The notes under the pieces are model-generated. The model searched no databases and had not been told where the DNA came from. It was given only the letters and a program-made list of their open reading frames with translations. Position numbers and translations under genes: made by a program. Positions 51,401-60,400 of a stretch of DNA of 64,000 bases are shown here, piece by piece. The first letter of the stretch is position 1; each line of letters begins with the position of its first letter. This DNA comes from Owenia fusiformis. Lineage: Eukaryota. The stretch spans positions 47,368,001-47,432,000 of the forward strand of contig CAIIXF020000001.1 in NCBI GenBank assembly GCA_903813345.2, written 5' to 3'.

Positions 51401-54400
51401 GACCCCTTGTTGAAGAATCTTTTCATGCAATAAAAAACAGAAAAAGAAGATGGGGTCCCCATTCATAAGTTTTCGAATTGTTCGATTGAAATTTTTATCA
51501 TCATGATTACTTCACTTGAAAGATAACATATCGTTTTAACAAAAACCACTGTATTTATGCCCAGAAAATAGTCATGGTTATAGATATGACTGTCTAAAAT
51601 CACTTGCCATACTGTACGTGGACCTTTACTCTTTTCAGAGTCCAAAAACCAATGTTTTAGTCATATTATCACCATGACCATTGTGATTCTTGTCATGCCA
51701 ATTAGTGGAACTAATAAAACTGATTGGATGTCACATGAAAGGGTAATTTTTCGTATTTTATCTTATCTTTGTTCAGGCCACTTGCACCTACGTTAGAACT
51801 AATAGACTGGGGATATTGTATACCTTGGGATATACTTTTTTCATAAGGAACTCGTATTTCTACAATTTAGAGTAACCCTGCATTCTTGATCTTGCATTCT
51901 CCAAGTAAGGCATATGTTTCATTATGTTTATGTTCGCTCATAATTATTATCATTCAATGTTTTCAAATTGTCTGATAATGTTTAGCTAAGTTTAACAAAA
52001 CGTCCATTACCGTCGATAGTTTGTGATTATGTTGATTTTGCATTGCTCATTGGCATAAAAGCAGTTCCAAGAAAGCCTTGGGGATTTTCGACGAGTTACA
52101 TCTTTGGACTTATTTATTTCATGATGATGTAACACCGACTTACTTCTTAGTTCAGCATCGTTAAACCTCCGTAATGGTATTATTATCAGTTCTTAATCGT
52201 TATATGGATGGTACCTACCCAATTCTGGGAAGCGTCAATATTGTTGCACTGTTCAGCTAGACCCTGTATCACTATATTAGGATTGACACTGACAACATTC
52301 GTGTTCTTTTCTATCTCCTTAATGTACCTGGAATAACATTACTCAGGAAGCTACTACGGTAAAATCATTTTTTGGTCCATTGAGTACTGAGATGCATTTT
52401 TAACTGAAAAAGTTCGGAATAATTTACAAATCATTGCATCTATTCACATCGTCGTAAAAATATACTGCTTAGCTCGTTCTTCCCCCTTCGTTCGAAGGGA
52501 ATGTTGGGCACAAGAGGCTGCAACAATAGCCAATGAGCGGCTAAAGCACCCGCGAATTGTCGGGACTGTGTGTAAATGAAGACTAGGACTAGGCCACTAT
52601 GGTCCACAACAACTAAAGGAAAGACAAAGAGGCCAAAGATCACCAAGGAAATACGGAACCAGGAAGACGACGACAAGACTTGTGAGGACTGTTAAGGAGA
52701 AAACGGCCAACTGACCTGAATTACCTTTTCCCAAGCCTTTGCAGCCTTAAGCCAATCATTTACTACATGTGTTTTATTCCGCCTGTATATTGGGGCAAAA
52801 TGGGCGAGTGTCTTACCCGAACTTTCATGTTGAACCAATTGATAGGAAATTGAGTATGGAAATTCGATTATTCACAAAATTGGAACTTGAAAGCCATAGT
52901 TTTTAAACTTCAAAGATGTTTTGGCACAGTTTAAGAGTCCTTCATTTTGTGTTTTTGCAATTGTCACCATAACATATATTGGACAACAATATCGGGACTT
53001 ATGAAATAACATTTTAATATCTCTGATGCAGTGGTCACATTTGCTCCGTTCTTCAACAACGGCGCCGGGCCGATGAATATTTTGTTCAAAACTGAATGCT
53101 ATTTTGAAAAATATATTAGATAGTACTTTTAATTTTCAGTATCATCAACATCTGATTACATATTTGAAAACTAGAGTAAAATTCTGACATACTAAAAAAA
53201 TAGTTAAGGAACAACTCTTAATTTCTTGATATTATTGGCATGCATAGTATGACTCACTGTGAAAAAAGCCGAATATAGTTTGTATTATAGCAAACTGTTT
53301 TTTAGAATATCCCCCATATAGTTTAGGTTTCACCTAAAATATGGGCGAGAATAGTTTCTCCCATCTTCCTAAAAACGGAACACTTTAATATAAGTCCTGA
53401 TATACTCTCCGGTACGCCCATATAAACTGAAATAAGTTGCATATATCATTGCAGAATGTATATCTTTACTGAACTATTTTCCACTTATACGCCTCAAAGT
53501 AGGAATCAAACCTACTATATGGGGTGAAAAAAACAACTTACATTTAATAAAAACAGACTATTTCAAACTATACTTGACTTATTCTTCTCTTATTCTACCT
53601 CAAAACAAACTATACGCGTCTTATACGCGATATTATCCCACCCTAAGTGCTTTATATGATTGTATAATAGCATTGTATAACTGCAATATAAAACCAACAC
53701 TCATCGTATACAACTCTTGAGAACGATATACAACTCCTGGAGAGCGTATACAACTCCTGGGCAGCGTATACAACTCTTCGACTTGATATACAACTGCTGA
53801 ATTTAGATTAACCTTTTATTGATTAAAGATTAGGGTGGGATAATAAGATCATATAATGGTTGATTCTGTATATCGTTATACTCTCGTGAGTATATGATAT
53901 ATTCACTCGTTCCCTTCAGTCACTCGTGAATATATCATATACTCACTTGAGTATAAACACGATATACGGAATCAACCATTATATAACCTCATATTACGTA
54001 ATAGCTTCAGTTCCCGAGTACTGATGCAAATACATAATTCATCATTTTGCCTTATATTTGTTCAAAATGGCGGTATATTTCGTATTTGAATTGAATGTTC
54101 AGTGGAAAGGTAATATTTAAAATGTCATTGGTCTATGAAGTCATGTAGACTGCTGCTTTGGTATGATCGGTAATGACTGCATTTATACCTTTTTGTTTTA
54201 AATTGTATGTGTACGGTAAACTTCATACAGTGTATGTACTAGTATATTGGTAAAGTCGCAGAACTTAGTTTAGTACTATACAAGAATGTCGACTAAGTAT
54301 TAAAATTCATTCTGAAGAACTTCTGACTTAGAAATGTCTGGACATTGACCAAAAAAGATTTAAGATCACAATGTCACACTGACATTTACAGGTGCTCGTG

Positions 54401-57400
54401 TGGCTGAAAGTGGGTTTTAATCATGATACGGCGTTCGGTTCGTGATCGTATTTTGGCGCACATAGTTTCGTAAATGAGACAGTGGAGAGGTTAAGCTTTG
54501 CATATATAATCGAAACTGAACCTGTACGTATCAGTCGACCATATACAAATTCATGTAGCCTTCTCATATAAATAGCCGTTCAAATCCAGTGTTTGTTTAG
54601 ACTACACCATAGCGTGTAATGATTCTATAGTATATATTGATGCAGTTTTATAGCTGGTTTTCTAATACATATTTTAAACGAGCTCGTTTCGTAAGATTTT
54701 TGGCGCTAAATCATGCATGACATACATCATCGTGTTCAGCAAAAATTCAACTGTACATCGAAATCAAAATTGACAGCTAGTGTTCAATAGACACGAGTAA
54801 AATGGTTCCCGTTGACCCAACGTCAAATATTCAAATCTCCCGTTCTAAACCCGAAACTCTGAAGCTGAAAGAGTATCTGAAGTAGACTAAGCGCGCATAA
54901 AACTATGAGCGCTCGATACATTCCTTTGTTAATTTTTGTACTTTGCGTTCACGGTTACGTTGTGAAAACATCGTTAGCTTAACCTCTCCACTATCGTATC
55001 GCAAACGTATGCATTACGATAGGTTTGCGGGTTCGTATTTGCTCACGTCATACGTGTTTACCACGATGGCTTTATGAATAAGGCCTCGGATCTCCTAAAA
55101 TCCCATTAAAACAAGATTTCAACGAAATTTCAAAGCTTTAAAGGGTCAATTGAGACTACGGTATTAAGTTTTAATTAATGTATTTTCGTTAAAAACTGTG
55201 TTCGAAGAAAAAAGCTACAACGTGCACAGAATGGACTACGGTTGTCTTACCTTTCATCCATGCATTCGATGAAGTAGAGTCTCGTGAATGTCTGCAGTGA
55301 AGCCGTCTTTTCATTATAAATCTCACGCTGTGTACTAGGATTACAACCGTACATAGAAGCGTCTACTTTCATGCTGTCGTACACACTCAGTGCTAATCAA
55401 AAGACAACTAGTTAGTAACAATTTTTTTGAAAATAATGTTTTGATTCTGTTCATCATTACCAGATGAAATTGAATATATGATAAACTAGGTTAGGATTTT
55501 GAAATATTAGAACCTGGGGAATACCTTCTGAATCGGTAAGTGAAGTTTTCATTTCCACAATATACTGTCCTGGAAAACTGGCTGGTTGTACGGATTGTGT
55601 ATTTGTTCCTTCTAAAACAGCTCCTAAAAAGTATCTCGAAATCTCAAAAGTAATCTACTTTACTTACAGGGTGGGCCAAAAAACTAATACACATGTGAAT
55701 ATCATATTTTATATCAATTTAAAGATAAATCATTTCCGAACAATATGACAGTATCTGATTGAATAACTTTTGTTTTCCTGTGGAGTTAGAGGCTAAGATA
55801 GACACCAGGGGTGTCCTGAGCGACCAACAAATAATATTCACTGCAGATTACCGAATTGTGGAAAATGGAGTTTGTTTGTTTGTTTGTGAAAATGTTTCCC
55901 CCAAGCAGCTCAGGCAGTCTCAATTCTACAAGGATACGCTTCCAAAGTGTTCCAGGAGTGTTGCTCTTTTCAGGCTTCTGGGAGCCTTTTGATACATTTG
56001 AGCAATGCTTCATGGCTATAAAATTTCTCCTCTTGTTAGTCTTCAATTAATTTTTCGTCTCTGTCCTCCATAATTGCAGTATCAACTTTTCACCGTCCAT
56101 TCACTATCCTGGTAATTTAACTTCTTTTGACGTAATCAATGGTCAACTACAACCTTACAAGAAACATTGTAGCAATTTAGGAAGAGTTAATTTTTGATAT
56201 TCTAAGGGTGATCAGCATTTTACATAAGCTTTAAAATGATATATTGGAAAATATGATAACTTTCAAAATAAAAAAGTTAAGGTGAGAACAGACTCTACTT
56301 GATATAGGATAAAGCAGTTATGTATGGTCGGTTTGGATATTTGGTTCATCCCTCGTGACATATGCACATATACCTTTGGTCCTTACGGTCCCTCAGGTAG
56401 ATATGCATGTCTCCCTCTGGATCTCCCTCTGGATAAACCCCATATCCAAAACCTCCCAGTACATAACCCTTATATATTTAGGCATTGTGTAGTCATAACA
56501 TATGCCTAGCAAACACATAGCAACGGTTCCTAGTCAAATCATAGTAAGCATTAGAAAATCATTTAGAAGCATTTAAAATCAAATCCACGGCAAAATCTGA
56601 ATAATCGATTTGATCAATCATAAAATATCTTTATGAATGTGTCCGGTATGTGCTTAAATATGGTATGTATACTTGCTTTGATTGTTAAATTGCAAACTAG
56701 GTAGGGTAAAGAATATGTCAAAGTCGTTTGATCTCGTTACAGAAGCAATATTTTGTCACTTGTATCTCCCAGAATACCTTTAACTAGGGTCTGAGTTAAC
56801 TAGGTCCAAGTTGACCAGATACACCTAGCAACGGTAAAACATTCACAAAAATGAGGTATTTTTGTCAGTATTATGCCATTTACTTTTACTAATTCACAAG
56901 GCATAGCTAGGGGGACTCATGACGTTAAAATGTTAACCTATCAACCACTTAGCAAAGTTAGGTTATGGACTAAAATGGTCAGTTTTGGGCAATACTATGT
57001 CAATTATAGGTAGTTTCAGTTGATGTCATTTTGACTTCATTTCATATTTTGTTCCCTGTAGTTCAGAATTTCTTTAGTAAAGAGTAGTGTATATGCATAA
57101 TGACACATAGACATACTGATGTTTACTGGTTCGGCAGACAGTTTCAAATAATCAGCTATCAAGTAACTGGCCACCAGCCAATCAGATGCCTTAATCTTCT
57201 TTTCCTGGCTGAATAAATTTTCATCAATAATGGGTGTCTGAACTTGGGTGTGAGAAACTGATCATGTGAATCAGAGTAACACAAGATCTTGAAGAGACAA
57301 GACCTTGTTAGGAAGGAGATTGAGGGTGAGTCCTCCTTGAGGTTGACGCCATCATGCGTAGTTTGCGGTACCAGGTGGTACTGATTTCTTCCGAGTGATT

Positions 57401-60400
57401 ATAACTCTGTCTAATCTCATATTGTTGATCGATGTACTAGACCACACCAAAGAGCAGAGGCTCAGGTTACTCCTGTTTCGAAGTGACTTCCAAAGCAGAG
57501 GTTACTTCTAGAGCCTCGACTCTTCCAAAAGACGAGTTTGCTCATAGAGATGTAGCTCTGTTTTGAGCAGAGGTAGATTAGGGATCACTCTGGTTCAGGG
57601 TGTTCCTCCACTGTTGAGAACATTTTCCCAATCTCTCCATCTCCATCAAAATTCTGTTCTGACGGTGATGCTGGCGTTGAAGAAGCCATTGTTGTCGCAT
57701 AGCTTTTTGTTCGCTTCTAAACAGCTAACTGACTGTTGCTCTACACAGCACGAATGATCATTTATTCATCTGCAACTCGGTTTCAGTTAATTTATGACTG
57801 GGTTAACATGACCAAGACTGCAATCATGACCTCTATGTAAAAGTTGCTACGAAGAAGCAAAGCCTGAACAAATGTAACGAAATGGAATCGGACTAATTCC
57901 CACGGGTTACTAGAGTATCCGCGTATATTGAGTATGACCGGTTCTAAGCTTACGAGTGTGACCGTATTTCTGTTCCTATAAACAGACGGGGTGAGTACTT
58001 GCTTTTTATGAACACTTTCGAACGTTTTCTTTTTATCCTACTTGGTCAATGAATGATACTTGGCATACTTATATTGCCAGGCATATCACAAGGGGCCTTA
58101 ATCAAAAGAAAACGTATTAATATTAGATTGAAGCCGTAAAATCCTAGTTTCCAGCATCTTTGATCAGTTTTTGTGTAACACAACGCAACTCCGAAGAGGA
58201 TGACACATCTTATGTATAATATATAGCTAGATCTACGAATTAGTCATGAATATTTTAAATAATTTAGCCTGCTCTGTCCAAATATGATACATCTTTGAAT
58301 TTTTGAGAATACGAATGTCACTGGTGCCCCATTATTGGAGAATACGGTTGTGAAATGTCTTCCATGACATTTCACAAGCGTATCCTCTGGGAAAAGATAA
58401 ATCCTTCTCTTGCTCACTCCACGGGGGATCATATAAACTGAGATTTGGAGATCTTGTTCAGGTTAGCCATAAAAAGGTTTGGGATTTGTTTTTTTCTACT
58501 GTGATATTAATGATTTGGCTCTAAGGCGAGAAATCTGTACTTTCTGATTGATATTCCATTATGAACAGTTACATTACTAAAATAGCTCATGTTTAACATT
58601 TTTTTGTTACATTACTATTAAATACAGTATAAACTATATTCAACAAACACAATTTCAAAAAGGATGATATAGAAGTTGACCTTTATTTTCCATTTTTAAG
58701 CAGCTGTGCCTCTCATGACTTTCCAAAACAGGTCATATTCGTAGCCTAAGAACCGGTCATACTCCATATACGTGGAAACTCTAGTAGCCCGTGATAATGT
58801 GTCAGCTGAATTTGGTACTTGGACACTAATATCTTTCTCATTCATCATCATTTTTCCCAACTTCCGCGGCAGATATTTTCTTGATCTACGTTAATATAGC
58901 AAACATGTATTTATAAATGGTTATTTTCCAGAAATTAAGGTTCCGCTAAAACACCAGCAGAACATCTTTTCTGGACCAAACAAACCATTGAGGCAACACT
59001 CAGAGATTGGCAGTTTCGGTTAACTGTCTGACCCATATTATCTACTGAAAATAATTCTGGCACGCAAAATGAGTTTGGGAAAAAAGCATTGAGTGTGGGG
59101 GAAAGGGTATGGGTTTGGGGGAAAAGGTATTGAGTGTGGGGGAAATGTTATTGGGAGTGAGGGAAATGGAATTGGGTGTAGGGGGAATGGTGTTGGGTGT
59201 AGGGGGAAATGGTATTTAATTTTGATTTTTTTATTCACAAATATAAAACATGTACACTCCCCTCCATAAGTTTGGCAACCTTTTTCCCCCATTGAACTAC
59301 GTGTTAAAACCTCTTTACCTTTGAATTTTTATTTACTTAACCTGCGATGAAAATACTTAATACTATTGATGGAAACGTACTTTGACTTAAATTCCAATAC
59401 CTCCAAATTTTCTCAATTTTTTTCTTCAATTACAATAGGTCGAAAATTAATGATGAATTTGATGAATTTTTGAAAATCGACATTCCCATGTTTACCAATG
59501 GGAAATGGTAGGTTTGCCGCAAGTCATATGACAGAATATCCATCCATCCGAGTCCTTGCAAAAAATACGAGTTAGGCAGGTAATTGAATTTGCTAACTTT
59601 ATTTAACAAAAAATTGATATGTTTCTTCAGGTTCAACAAAGTTATAGGGCTTTAAAATTGTTTTTCAAAAAACCTCTCCCATTGAAATAACACAGGAGGC
59701 GAAAAATTATTTTCAAAAATGACTTTGAAGCGCTGTAACTTTAATATTCATCAAATAAACTAAACACTTAGTGTTCAAAAAAGTTAGACAATTCAATTTT
59801 CTATATGAAAATATTTTTTGCTGAATCTTTTACTGAAAAGATATCCTGATTTCTGATTTGCCCCGAACCCTCAATTTCCCATTGGATTACATGAGAATGA
59901 CGATTTTCAAAAATGCATCAAATTGATCATCAATTTTCGACCTATTGTAATTGAGCAAAAAAATTGAGAAAATTTGGATGTATTGGAAATAAAGTCAAGT
60001 TAAGTTTCCATCAATATCATAAGTTATTTCATCGCCGGTTAAGTAAATAAAAATTCAAACGTAAAGAGGCTTTAACACGTAGTTCAATGGAGAAAAAAGG
60101 TTGCCAAACTTATGGAGGGGAGTGTATATGTAATTAATGTATAATGATTCAGTCAAGCATATTGAATGCAGCTGTGACTGCAATATGGAGGGAAGTTTGG
60201 GAAATTCATTTTTTGATTTTTGATCGCTCATGATACCCCTGTTGTCAATTTTAGTCCACAGGAAAAGAACTGGTTTTCAATTAGATGCTGTCACATTCAT
60301 AGGAAACGATTTATCTTTAACATGATATATTATAAATGGCATATCAAACACATGTCAAGAAAATTCATCTTTAAACTTGTGTATTGTTTTTTTGGCCCAC

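Noticed and set aside
52020..52440. Apparent LINE ORF2 C-terminus on + strand (WNNI...)
   Set aside because: Chance resemblance; the region contains subtilase exon 4 on the - strand.
55251..55291. Shorter exon using the internal CTGCAG acceptor
   Set aside because: The frame stays open up to the acceptor at 55392, which is needed to match phase.
57100..57760. GC-richer coding-like stretch on - strand (MASSTPASPSEQNFDGDGE...)
   Set aside because: Early stops, no recognisable domain or splice context; probably TE debris.
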